A DNA stretch of 64,000 bases, from positions 576,001 to 640,000 of the forward strand of contig CAVWEH010000005.1 in the NCBI GenBank assembly GCA_963753975.1, in the 5' to 3' direction. Source of the DNA: an uncultured delta proteobacterium. Its GTDB lineage: Bacteria; Desulfobacterota; Syntrophia; Syntrophales; Smithellaceae. A program made the translations under genes and the position numbers. Positions 19,755-29,538 of this stretch are shown piece after piece. The notes under the pieces were generated by a model that searched no databases, had not been told where the DNA came from, and worked only from the letters and a program-made list of their open reading frames with translations. Every line of letters starts with the position of its first letter. The stretch's first letter is position 1.

Positions 19755-20087
19755 TTATTTAACCAAGTACTTGAAAATTAGGGATAGAATAATCAGAATC
19801 AAGCAAACCGCCAAAAAAAAGGAACTCTTGCGGAAAGCTTTACTGCCTAGCACAATCTGCCGGCAATTTCGGCAAATAGTAAATTTGGATGGAATTTCTC
19901 CCTGGCAAAAAGGGCAACGCAGAGTTCTTGGCTCCACCCGCGCTTCGCGCTGGCTAAGATTTCTCTTTAGCTCATTATTAATATCATAGTGCCAGGTGCA
20001 ATCGAGCGTTGGGCACTTGTCACGAACCTGCATATTGTCCGTCCAAACAAAAGATTTATTGCACTGCGGGCACTGGATTTTTAACAT
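19755..20087 (-). CDS. Hypothetical multi-CxxC zinc-ribbon protein with C-terminal TM
   Basis: CPQC, CPTLDC, CPFC, CRNC; hydrophobic C-terminus; stop 2 nt before gcvT start. Confidence 0.65.
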   Translation of the reverse strand: MLKIQCPQCNKSFVWTDNMQVRDKCPTLDCTWHYDINNELKRNLSQREARVEPRTLRCPFCQGEIPSKFTICRNCRQIVLGSKAFRKSSFFLAVCLILIILSLIFKYLVK

Positions 20088-20195
20088 GGGATAGCTTCTC
20101 CGGGGAATATTAAATTACGGGAAATAGCTTCATTGCGTAAGTTTTAGTTAATGCCAGAGAACTACTACAACTCGGGAGAGATTTCAAGATTTAAT

Positions 20196-20493
20196 CACGG
20201 GTATAAACCTCAAAGCAAGTTTTGGAAACCGATTCCGCGGCAAATTACGGGGTATTACATCCCTGCTTATGGGAAAATTTGGCTAACAAACTTCTATGCG
20301 CTTCGCTTTTGAAGTTTGAGTTTCATTACCCTATAGTCCCACTTAGCTTCGCACGTGGGATAATTCAACTGACAGATATTACTGCACTGCGTTTGTGAAG
20401 TCCCCCCTGGAAGGAGCCGAAGGCTCTTTTCACAAACGCGACATCCCGCGACGGGATAATATCTGAGTTTCATTAGAATTGGACTTTCACAAT
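20196..20493 (+). repeat. Modular structured intergenic repeat, copy 1 (two units)
   Basis: Ends CACGGGTAT... and ...AATTGGACTTTCACAAT; ~165 bp near-identical to the reverse complement of 36359-36525. Confidence 0.9.
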
Positions 20494-20510
20494 CAAAAAA
20501 TATCGGTTAA

Positions 20511-21071
20511 TTAACCTTGAAAAAGCCTTTCAAAGAAGTCTTGTCTGTCTTTGGGATAATAGAGATTCCCTCCGTAATCGACGATTAGCTTGCCGTCCAG
20601 ATGATCAAGTTCGTGTTGGATGACGCGGGCAACGTAATCCAGATATCTTTTACTTATTTTTTCTCCCTTGGCGTTTAAGGCGCGCACTTTAATTTCGGGA
20701 AAACGGCCGACCTCCACCTGAATTTCCGGGCAGGATAAACAACCTTCTGCCATGGTTACTTTTTCGCCGCGCGCCTGAGTAATTCGCGGATTAATCAAAA
20801 CTTCAAAATCAGCGGGACTTTTTATTTCCCCCCCTTCGCTGAAGCCTTTATTACGGAAAATGAAAATTCTTTTGTTAATGCCGATTTGAGGAGCAGCAAG
20901 CCCGGAAGCATCATCTCTGCCTAAAAAGGAATCAATTAGAGTTTGGATTATTTCACGCGATTCCTTATCCAGCGGCACAGGCACTTCCACGGATTTTTTT
21001 CTTAAGATGGCGGTGTCCTTCTTGTTGACTCCTTCATTACTCCATAATGTTAAAACCTTATCTTTAGACAT
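20511..21071 (-). CDS. def: Peptide deformylase
   Basis: GLAAPQIG, EGCLS, QHELDHLDG. Confidence 0.9.
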   Translation of the reverse strand: MSKDKVLTLWSNEGVNKKDTAILRKKSVEVPVPLDKESREIIQTLIDSFLGRDDASGLAAPQIGINKRIFIFRNKGFSEGGEIKSPADFEVLINPRITQARGEKVTMAEGCLSCPEIQVEVGRFPEIKVRALNAKGEKISKRYLDYVARVIQHELDHLDGKLIVDYGGNLYYPKDRQDFFERLFQG

Positions 21072-21208
21072 GCAGCTTCACCAGAGATTGTTTTTTTGCG
21101 GCATATATCACCTATTCTTTTTTATTTCAAGTAATCGCGGCTTGCAAAATATCAATATCTATTGTTAAAGAGTAGTTAAATGATTGTATAAATTTATCCC
21201 ATCCGGAG

Positions 21209-22474
21209 TTGATTTTGATAAATCAAATCGTTGCTAAAATAGCGAAAAGGGAATTTGCCCGCGCGTTGAAATTTGAAGCGGGAAGCTTGCCGGCATTGCC
21301 CCGCTGCGCCGACGAAAAACCGCGCCTTCTTTATCTGCATATTCCTTTTTGCGAAGAACTTTGCCCTTATTGTTCTTTTCATAGGATAGCTTTCGCCGAA
21401 AAGCTGGCCCGAAAATATTTTCAAGCCCTGCGCCGCGAAATTAATATCTATCGGAAAAAGGGATACAAATTCAGCGGAATTTATGTCGGCGGCGGAACCC
21501 CGACGGTGCTTATTGATGAACTTGCGGAAACATTAAGTTTGGCCAAGCAGTACTTTCCCATCAGGGAAATATCGGTAGAAACAAATCCGAATCACTTAAC
21601 TTCAAGGAATATCGAAATTTTACAGAAAAGTGGCGTCCAAAGATTGTCTGTGGGCGTGCAGACTTTCAATGATGATTTACTTAAAAAAATCGGGCGCTAT
21701 GAAAGATATGGAGCCGGCGAGGCTATTGCGGAAAAGCTCAAAGACACGCAAGGATCATTTGATACTTTAAATGCCGACATGATTTTTAATGTCCCCGGAC
21801 AGACTGCTGAAATGCTCGATGCCGATCTGTCAATTTTGCTTAATTTAAATATAGAGCAGGTCACGTTCTACCCTTTGATGGTCTCGACGATAACGCAAAA
21901 GTTAATGGAGAAGGCTATCGGGAAAGTCGATTTTGGAGGAGAGCAGAAATTATATAAACTGATAGTCAGACGTATGGAGAAAAGGTACGACTTTTCTTCG
22001 GCCTGGTGTTTTTCCCGGAAAAAGAAAAATAATTCTCTGATTGATGAATATGTTGTCGATTACGATGAATACGCGGGTCTGGGGAGCGGCGCGATAGGCT
22101 ATCTGCAAGGCGTTTGTTATTCCAACACGTTTGATATTGAAGAATATATTGCCGGCCTCGATTGCGGTAATTTGCCGCTTCTGGCTTCCCGCGGCTTTGA
22201 TCTTCATGACCAAATGAGCTATGATTTTTTAATGAAATTATTCAGCACGAAATTGAATATAACGGCGTTGGAGGAAAAATATGACGGGAAGTTTCTAAAA
22301 ACCTTATGGAAGGAAATAGCTTTATTTGAAATAGTCAGGGCTTTGCGCTATTTCCCGCCCCATTTGCGTCTAACGCCGAAAGGCCGCTACCTCTGGGTAA
22401 TAATGATGAGAGAGTTTTATATTGCCGTGAACAACTTCCGTGCTTATTGCCGTAAGCAAGCGGGCATCGTATAA
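21209..22474 (+). CDS. menK: HemN-like class C radical SAM enzyme, probably menaquinone methyltransferase MenK/MqnK
   Basis: LYLHIPFCEELCPYC, YVGGGTP, QVTFYPLM (QxTxYPLM), EYAGLGSGA, C-terminal MMREF..VNNFR. Confidence 0.65.
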   Translation: MILINQIVAKIAKREFARALKFEAGSLPALPRCADEKPRLLYLHIPFCEELCPYCSFHRIAFAEKLARKYFQALRREINIYRKKGYKFSGIYVGGGTPTVLIDELAETLSLAKQYFPIREISVETNPNHLTSRNIEILQKSGVQRLSVGVQTFNDDLLKKIGRYERYGAGEAIAEKLKDTQGSFDTLNADMIFNVPGQTAEMLDADLSILLNLNIEQVTFYPLMVSTITQKLMEKAIGKVDFGGEQKLYKLIVRRMEKRYDFSSAWCFSRKKKNNSLIDEYVVDYDEYAGLGSGAIGYLQGVCYSNTFDIEEYIAGLDCGNLPLLASRGFDLHDQMSYDFLMKLFSTKLNITALEEKYDGKFLKTLWKEIALFEIVRALRYFPPHLRLTPKGRYLWVIMMREFYIAVNNFRAYCRKQAGIV

Positions 22475-22495
22475 CTTTCGTCAAGATGGGTTTTT

Positions 22496-23911
22496 ATGGA
22501 TAAACGAAGAAAAGCAATGTTGCAGAAATTGCCGAAAATTGACGAAGTTATTTTACTTCTGGAAAAGCAGAATATCTATGTTCTGGCGCCGCGCAATATT
22601 GTCAAAGAAACCTGCCGGACGGTTGTGCAAAATTTGAGGGATAAGATTGTTGAGGCGGGGAAAAAAGGACTTGTGGAGGTTTCTTATGATGCGGCAAGCG
22701 TCGCTCGCGAAGTGGAAAAATTGATCAGAGGATTGCATCGCTATAATTTGCGCAGGCTTGTCAATGCCACCGGAGTCGTCCTGCATACCAATCTTGGCCG
22801 CGCTCCTCTTTGCCCGGAAGCACTGCAAAGAATTATGGAGGTGGGTAAAGGCTATTCCAATTTGGAATTTGATCTGATCAAAGGTGAACGCGGGAGGCGC
22901 TACGAGCATGTAAGCCGATTGATCTGCGTCTTGACCGGCGCCGAGGATGCCCTGATTGTCAACAACAACGCCGCGGCCGTTTTGCTTGTCCTCAACACTC
23001 TGTCGGAGGGAAAAGAAACCATAGTTTCCCGCGGCGAACTAATAGAGATCGGCGGCGAATTCCGTATTCCGGAAATTATGCGCAAGAGCGCCGCTCGTTT
23101 GCGGGAAGTGGGCACGACCAACCGCACGCGTCTCAGCGATTATGAAAAGGCGATTCATGCCGAAACCGGCCTGATACTGAAAGTGCACACGAGCAATTTC
23201 CGCATTGTCGGTTTTACCGAAGAAGCGGATATGGAATCTCTGGTGGCTTTAGGGCGAAAACGCCGCATTCCGGTTATGAATGATTTGGGCAGCGGTTGCG
23301 TCATCGACCTGGATAATTACGGTTTAGAGCATGAGCCCACGATTCGCGAAGTTTTAGTTTGCGGAGTTGATGTGGTTACCGCGAGCGGCGATAAACTTCT
23401 CGGCGGTCCGCAAGCAGGCATCATTTTAGGAAGGAAAGAAATTCTGGAAAAGATCAAAAAAAATCCGCTCGGCCGCGCGCTGAGAATCGATAAACTAACA
23501 TTAGCCGCGCTCGAAGCAACGCTGATACATTACCTAAATCCGGCAGCCGCAGTAAAAAAACTAAGGTCCCTACAGGCGTTAACAGAGCCGGTTGAAGCCG
23601 TTAAGAAACGCGCCCGCAAACTGCTCAGTAAATTGCAGAAGCTGGATTTCAATTCTCTGGAATTTTTCCTGAAAGATGATTTTGCCGCCGCAGGCGGAGG
23701 GTCATTGCCCACGCAGAAGATTCCTACTGTTTTAGTCGGAATCAAAAACAAAAAAATGTCCGCGAGCCGCATGGAAGAAAAATTACGACAACTTGAAGTG
23801 CCCATCATTGTCCGTGTGGACAAGAATGAAATTTTCATTGATTTGCGCACTGTGGCCGAAAATGAATTTGTCTTTATCATCGAAGGTTTGCGTCAAATGA
23901 TATCAACGTAA
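22496..23911 (+). CDS. selA: L-seryl-tRNA(Sec) selenium transferase
   Basis: NATGVVLHTNLGRA, VNNNAAA, SGDKLLGGPQAG. Confidence 0.95.
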   Translation: MDKRRKAMLQKLPKIDEVILLLEKQNIYVLAPRNIVKETCRTVVQNLRDKIVEAGKKGLVEVSYDAASVAREVEKLIRGLHRYNLRRLVNATGVVLHTNLGRAPLCPEALQRIMEVGKGYSNLEFDLIKGERGRRYEHVSRLICVLTGAEDALIVNNNAAAVLLVLNTLSEGKETIVSRGELIEIGGEFRIPEIMRKSAARLREVGTTNRTRLSDYEKAIHAETGLILKVHTSNFRIVGFTEEADMESLVALGRKRRIPVMNDLGSGCVIDLDNYGLEHEPTIREVLVCGVDVVTASGDKLLGGPQAGIILGRKEILEKIKKNPLGRALRIDKLTLAALEATLIHYLNPAAAVKKLRSLQALTEPVEAVKKRARKLLSKLQKLDFNSLEFFLKDDFAAAGGGSLPTQKIPTVLVGIKNKKMSASRMEEKLRQLEVPIIVRVDKNEIFIDLRTVAENEFVFIIEGLRQMIST

Positions 23912-23933
23912 CTCATGATTTTGCGGAGTCCAA

Positions 23934-24927
23934 TTGTCAATTTCACCGACACAATCGAAAGAAATCCGCTTTACAGTAGGCGGCGATCAGGGCGGCCAGA
24001 GGCTGGATGTTTTTCTGGCTCAGAATAATTCGGCGCTCTCCCGTTCGCAGGTCAAGCATGCCGTAGAAGAAGGCGATGTCCTGGTCAACGGTATATTACC
24101 GAAACCAAGCCAGCTTCTGAAAGAAGGGGATATAATAGTTCTGGCAATAAAGCAGGCAAAAGAGGCTGTGGCCTCCGCCCAAAATATTCCACTCGATATT
24201 GTCTATGAAGACGAGGCCGTAATCGTGGTGAATAAACCTGCGGGGATGGTGGTACATCCCGCACCGGGAAATCCGGAAAATACACTGGTCAACGCGCTTC
24301 TTTTTCATTGTCACGATCTTTCGGGAATAGGCGGCGTTATCCGTCCGGGCATAGTTCATCGTTTGGATAAAGGAACTTCCGGTTTGATTGTGGCGGCAAA
24401 AACGGATGATGCGCACCGTCATCTTTCCGCCCAGTTCGAGAACCATGAAGTACACAAAACTTACCGGGTGCTCGTCTGGGGGGATGTGAAAGGCAATCAG
24501 GGAGAAATTTTACTGCCTGTAGGCAGGCACTCCACCGATCGCAAAAAAATGTCCACGAAAAGTAAGCGGGGGAAATCCGCTCTTACTTTGTGGAAGGTGC
24601 GCGAACGTTATGGTACCGCGACGCTACTGGATGTAGAAATTAAAACCGGCCGCACGCATCAGATCCGCGTCCACCTCTCTGCATCGCGGCTATCCGGTCA
24701 TTGGGGATACAGTTTACGGCAGCGCGACAAATAAAATACGCGTCATCAGCGATCCAAAGTTAAAAGCGAGTTTAAAGGAGTTAAACCGGCAGGCGCTTCA
24801 CGCGGCAGAGCTTTCTTTTATTCATCCCATAAAGCGCGAGCGCGTCGTGTTTACCGCAGAAATGCCCGAAGATATGGCACATTTATGCGAGCTTTTCCAT
24901 ACACAAGCAAGCCCGATGAAAAGATAA
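23934..24927 (+). CDS. rluD: RluA/RluD-family pseudouridine synthase (frameshift near 24687)
   Basis: S4 domain, HRLDKGTSG, TGRTHQIRVH; shifted frame GYPVIGDTVYG...RQALHA to stop 24927. Confidence 0.85.
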
Positions 24928-24940
24928 GAAAGCGGATAAA

Positions 24941-25798
24941 ATGTTTTCGATCTCCCAAAAAGATTCTATTTCTTATTTACAGGCGCCAATTTTCAGCGAG
25001 TGCGATTTTCTAATGCACGCTTTTTGCGCGCGGCAAGGCGGAGTCTCCCAGGCTGAATATGCCAGCCTCAATGTAAGCTTTAATGAAGGCGATGAAGAAG
25101 TGAGCGTCTTGCAGAATTGGGATCGTCTGTCGAAGGCTTTTGCCATTCCTTTGGAACAATTTTTAGTCGTCAATCAGGTTCATGGCGATGAAATATTCAT
25201 TATCAAGCCGCACGGCAGCTATTTTTCCTCACGCAGCGAACTTAACTATGACGCCATCGTGACCAACCGCACAAATCTCGCGATTTGTATCAAAACAGCG
25301 GATTGCGTACCGGTTTTTTTTGTCGACCGCGGTAAAAAAAGTAATTGCAGTGGCTCATGCCGGTTGGCGCGGCACTGCGCTGAAAATCAGCGCCAAAGTC
25401 ATCGGAATTGATGCAAAATCAGTACGGTTCTTCTGCGCAAAATATTTTGAGCGGCAATCGGCCCATCGATTAGCAAATGCTGTTATCAAGTGGATGCGAC
25501 TGTTGCCGATGCTTTTCGCCGGCAGAAAAATAGGGAAATCATTTTTATTTCCTGTGCTGTGACGAATAAGTGGATGCTGGATTTGCCCGAGGCGAACCGC
25601 CGGCAAATCCTGGATTGCGGTGTTCCCGAAAAGAATGTCGAAGTGTCCGGATATTGTACAATGTGTAATCAGGACATTTTCTTCTCGCATCGCGGCTCCG
25701 GCGGAATTACCGGCAGGCAAATTAATTTTATGATGATTAAAGAGGATGCTCCCTGCCGTGTTCTTACTCTCAATGAAAAAACTTATTCGATTCAATAA
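24941..25798 (+). CDS. pgeF: PgeF/YfiH family protein (frameshifted)
   Basis: QVHGD, KTADCVP, AHAGWRG, CT.C...FFSHR, GRQ across frames; follows rluD. Confidence 0.85.
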
Positions 25799-25886
25799 AA
25801 TCAACGGCAAATTTCTTTATTGACAGTAATTCCTTTAAGTATTAGTTAAGTCTAACAATTTTTAAGTCGGCAAAGGAGCAGCGCGC

Positions 25887-26864
25887 ATGATTATTGTCAC
25901 AGGCGGCGCCGGGTTTATCGGCAGCGCTTTTATCTGGCGTCTCAATCAGGAAGGCATTGATGATATTATCATTGTTGATCGATTGGGTAGCGACGACAAA
26001 TGGAAGAACTTGGTCAACCGGCGTTTTTCCGATTACATTCATAAAGATGAGTTCCTACATATGGTCTTAGCCGATAAAGTGCCTTTTGAAACCAGCGCCA
26101 TTGTTCATATGGGTGCCTGTTCATCCACGACGGAACGCGACGCAGACTATCTTTGGGAAAATAATTATCTCTACAGCAGAAAGCTTGCCGAATGGGCGAT
26201 AAAACACCGGATTCGCTTTGTCTATGCGAGCTCGGCCGCCACCTACGGCGATGGTGCACTGGGCTTTGACGATGACCACGGTAAGATCGGTAAGCTCAAG
26301 CCGATTAATATGTACGGCTATTCCAAGCAGTTATTTGATTTGTGGGTTTTAAAAAATAAGCTGGAAAATAAAATTGCGGGCATCAAATTTTTCAATGTTT
26401 TCGGTCCCAATGAATACCACAAAGAAGATATGACGAGCGTAATCTTTAAAGCGTTTCATCAGATTAAGGAAACCGGGAAAGTGCAGCTTTTCAAATCCTA
26501 TAAGAAAGAATATCCCGACGGCGGCCAGATGCGCGATTTTGTTTATGTGAAAAATTGTATCGATGTTATGTGGTGGCTTTTTAATAATAAGAATATCAAC
26601 GGCATTTTTAACCTGGGGACAGGCAAAGCCCGAACCTGGAATGATTTGATTGCTGCCGTATTTTCCGCAATGGGGCGCAAACCCAATATCCAATACATCG
26701 AAATGCCCGAATCCTTACGCGATCAATACCAGTATTTCACCGAGGCGCAAATGCAAAAGCTGAAAGCTGCCGGATGTTCCGTAGAGTTTTCGACGCTGGA
26801 AGATTCCCTGCGGGATTATGTAGTTAATTATTTGCAGCAGGCCGATCCATACTTAGGAAAATGA
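25887..26864 (+). CDS. rfaD: ADP-L-glycero-D-manno-heptose 6-epimerase
   Basis: TGGAGFIGS, HMGACSSTTE, YASSAATYG, YGYSK, YQYFTEA. Confidence 0.95.
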   Translation: MIIVTGGAGFIGSAFIWRLNQEGIDDIIIVDRLGSDDKWKNLVNRRFSDYIHKDEFLHMVLADKVPFETSAIVHMGACSSTTERDADYLWENNYLYSRKLAEWAIKHRIRFVYASSAATYGDGALGFDDDHGKIGKLKPINMYGYSKQLFDLWVLKNKLENKIAGIKFFNVFGPNEYHKEDMTSVIFKAFHQIKETGKVQLFKSYKKEYPDGGQMRDFVYVKNCIDVMWWLFNNKNINGIFNLGTGKARTWNDLIAAVFSAMGRKPNIQYIEMPESLRDQYQYFTEAQMQKLKAAGCSVEFSTLEDSLRDYVVNYLQQADPYLGK

Positions 26865-26918
26865 ATACCTATAAAGCATAAACAAATAGTATGCATTTTA
26901 TTCAATCATATTGTTCAA

Positions 26919-27044
26919 AACGACTTCGTAAAAAGCTTCAGAGACAAGGCGCACAAAGCCTGAGGAATGAGGCCTACTTTGGCGTAGGCCGCAAAGACGA
27001 AGGATGCAATGCAACGCAGTATATGGACTTTTTACGGAGACGTT
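26919..27044. mobile_element. ~125 bp MITE-like element, copy A
   Basis: Terminal inverted repeats AACGACTTCGTAAAAAG / CTTTTTACGGAGACGTT (15/17); core CAAGGCGC..TGAGGAATGAG..GACGA..GATGCA..GCAACGC shared with 30880-31004. Confidence 0.8.
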
Positions 27045-27048
27045 CAAT

Positions 27049-27795
27049 ATGAAAAGAGATATTGTTTGTATTATCCCCGCCCGTTATGAATCCAGCCGCT
27101 TTCCGGGAAAGCCTCTGGCCGATCTATGCGGCAAACCGATGATTCAGCATGTCTATGAACGCGTGTCCCAGGCCAAAGCTGTTCCTTATGTAGCAGTTGC
27201 CACCGATGACGACAGAATATTTAGAGCTGTGAAAAAATTCGGCGGGAATGCCATAATGACGTCTGTCGAGCATCGCTCCGGTACGGATAGAATTGCCGAG
27301 GCCGTAAAATCATTAAAGCTTTCCTCTGACGCAATCGTTGTCAACATTCAGGGTGATCAGCCGATCTTTGAGCCGGTGCAGGTAGATGAAGTTATCCGGC
27401 CTCTTGTAGATGATTTCACAATCGTCATGTCCACATTAATTTACAAAATTATTCTCGCAGAAGAAATTACCCACCACCATGCCGTAAAGGTTACTTTCGA
27501 CAGCCAATTTTTTGCCCTTTATTTTTCAAGGGCAACCATTCCCTATGTGCGCGCGAGCACGATGAAAGCCGACTATTATAAACATCACGGTATTTACGCC
27601 TACCGCCGCGATTTTCTCGATACCTTCACCAAACTTCCCGAAGGAAAACTGGAAAAGCTCGAAGCTCTCGAGATGCTTCGGACCCTGGAATACGGCTACA
27701 AGATTAAAGTAGTCGTAACTTCTTACGATTCTGTCGAAGTGGACAACCAGCAGGAACTGGAAAAAGTACGGCAGATTCTTGTCGCAAAAAAATAA
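27049..27795 (+). CDS. kdsB: 3-deoxy-manno-octulosonate cytidylyltransferase
   Basis: IPARYESSRFPGKPL, SGTDR, NIQGD, LYFSR, LEKLEALE. Confidence 0.95.
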   Translation: MKRDIVCIIPARYESSRFPGKPLADLCGKPMIQHVYERVSQAKAVPYVAVATDDDRIFRAVKKFGGNAIMTSVEHRSGTDRIAEAVKSLKLSSDAIVVNIQGDQPIFEPVQVDEVIRPLVDDFTIVMSTLIYKIILAEEITHHHAVKVTFDSQFFALYFSRATIPYVRASTMKADYYKHHGIYAYRRDFLDTFTKLPEGKLEKLEALEMLRTLEYGYKIKVVVTSYDSVEVDNQQELEKVRQILVAKK

Positions 27796-27834
27796 GGTTG
27801 ATACAGTATATCTTGAAGCAGTGCCGGAGATGCG

Positions 27835-28725
27835 ATGAAACCGCGTAAAAGAATTATTTTGCTGATTTTAATCATGGTAGTAATAGTTCTGGGAGTCGAA
27901 CTAATCGCATTTAGAATGCTTTATCAGACGGCATTTAAAGAACAAGCAGAAGATCTCCAGGACATTGTCGTGAGTCAGGCCCGCTTGATTGAAGCGATGG
28001 CGCGATTCAATGCCTTGCATAGCAAGACATATACTTCGGGGGTCAACGAAGCGACGTTAACCCAAGTCACTGATGCGCATAAACATTATAAGGGTTTTGG
28101 CCAAACCGGTGAATTCACTCCGGCCAAGAGACAAGGAGATAATGTTGTTTTTATTTTGAATCAGCGTCATAGCAATTTCCAGACTCCGCAACCCATTCCT
28201 TTCAAATCCAAATTGGCGGAACCGATGCAACTGGCGCTATCCGGACAATCAGGAACGATGATTGGATTGGATTATAGGGGAGTAAAAGTCTTAGCCGCTT
28301 ACGAGCCGGTGACGCTGTTGAACTGGGGCATAGTCGCCAAAGTCGATATGGCCGAAGTTCGGGCGCCTTTTATCAAAGCCGGCTTAATTTGCGTCTTATT
28401 CGGCATTATTGCCACTATTATCGGCACGCTAATATTTATTAGGATTACAGAGCCTCTGATTGTAAAATTGCATGATACTATTGCCGAACTTCAAAATGTC
28501 CTGGCCGATGTCAACCAGTTAAGCGGATTATTGCCGATATGCTCTTACTGCAAAAAAATTCGCGATGATAAAGGCTATTGGAATCAAATCGAAGCTTATC
28601 TCCAAAAACATACCGAAGCGGAATTCACCCACGGCATTTGTCCGGATTGCGAGAAAAAAATATATGCTGATTTGGATAAACGAAAACGGGAAATGCAAGA
28701 AGACGCAAGTGCATGCAAAATTTAA
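27835..28725 (+). CDS. Membrane sensor: periplasmic Cache-like domain plus C-terminal Cys-rich domain
   Basis: Two TM; DYRGVKVLAAY..WGIVAKVD; LLPICSYCKKIRDDKGYW...FTHGICPDC. Confidence 0.75.
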   Translation: MKPRKRIILLILIMVVIVLGVELIAFRMLYQTAFKEQAEDLQDIVVSQARLIEAMARFNALHSKTYTSGVNEATLTQVTDAHKHYKGFGQTGEFTPAKRQGDNVVFILNQRHSNFQTPQPIPFKSKLAEPMQLALSGQSGTMIGLDYRGVKVLAAYEPVTLLNWGIVAKVDMAEVRAPFIKAGLICVLFGIIATIIGTLIFIRITEPLIVKLHDTIAELQNVLADVNQLSGLLPICSYCKKIRDDKGYWNQIEAYLQKHTEAEFTHGICPDCEKKIYADLDKRKREMQEDASACKI

Positions 28726-28891
28726 ATACTATAAATGGTGTGTAAAATAGCTTCTACATTCAGTATTCTAACGGCTACGGAGAGAGCCTGCTGGATTACA
28801 ATACGAGTATAAATAGGATTAGCGCGGTGATGATGCTCGTGGATTGGAACTGACGCATTTATATAATTTCGCTTTTATGAGGAGGGATATT

Positions 28892-29443
28892 ATGTCCGAC
28901 ATATCTTCCAAAAATCTGCTTTTAGAAGAGTACAAAAGTGCATTTGAACATATACGTTACGTGGAAACAAAACGAGATCGATATGTTCCGGGTATTATTA
29001 CAGCATCAGGTGCTGTTTTTGCTCTGGTTGCCAACATTTTTAGCAAAAAAGGCTTCATGCTTCGAGAAGCAAGTATTCCCCTTGTTGTGGTTAGTTTTTT
29101 TCTGTGTTCGTCTCTTGGACTTTTGTCCTTAATTCTACTTAAGGCTTACGACAGTTTTTCGTCGGTAATGAAACATTACGAAGGAGTAATGAGGGTCGCG
29201 CGAACTATTATCTATGGACGTGAGGGAAAACGAATGGTTAAAATTAACGGCGAAGAAAAAACACTAATGGGCTGGGTTGATACTAGAAAAAATGCGTCGA
29301 TCCGTAGACGCCGTACAAAAATAAGCGATCTTTCCATATGTATTTTACACAGGTTATCTATCTTCTGGTTCGCAACCGCCTTATTATCTTTCTCTTTTTT
29401 GCTTTGGCGTTGTTATGTTGTTTTTGTTGATGCTTGCCGATAA
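28892..29443 (+). CDS. Hypothetical membrane protein (about 3 TM)
   Basis: RBS GAGGAGG before ATG 28892; AT-rich; no recognised family. Confidence 0.6.
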   Translation: MSDISSKNLLLEEYKSAFEHIRYVETKRDRYVPGIITASGAVFALVANIFSKKGFMLREASIPLVVVSFFLCSSLGLLSLILLKAYDSFSSVMKHYEGVMRVARTIIYGREGKRMVKINGEEKTLMGWVDTRKNASIRRRRTKISDLSICILHRLSIFWFATALLSFSFLLWRCYVVFVDACR

Positions 29444-29538
29444 GGAATATAGATGGTTTATGATCAAGTGTTGAATTGTAATAGCCTTAGGAAAAATGAA
29501 GTTCGTATATTAATTGTTCCCGATGCAGCGAGGGTGCC

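Noticed and set aside
20196..20493. CRISPR array (GTTTCA motifs) or glycine riboswitch upstream of gcv
   Set aside because: No regular repeat-spacer periodicity or cas genes; no glycine aptamer motifs; the same sequence recurs at unrelated loci.
22496..23911. Selenoprotein genes or tRNA-Sec near selA
   Set aside because: I saw no in-frame UGA at a Cys-equivalent position with continuing homology, and no tRNA.
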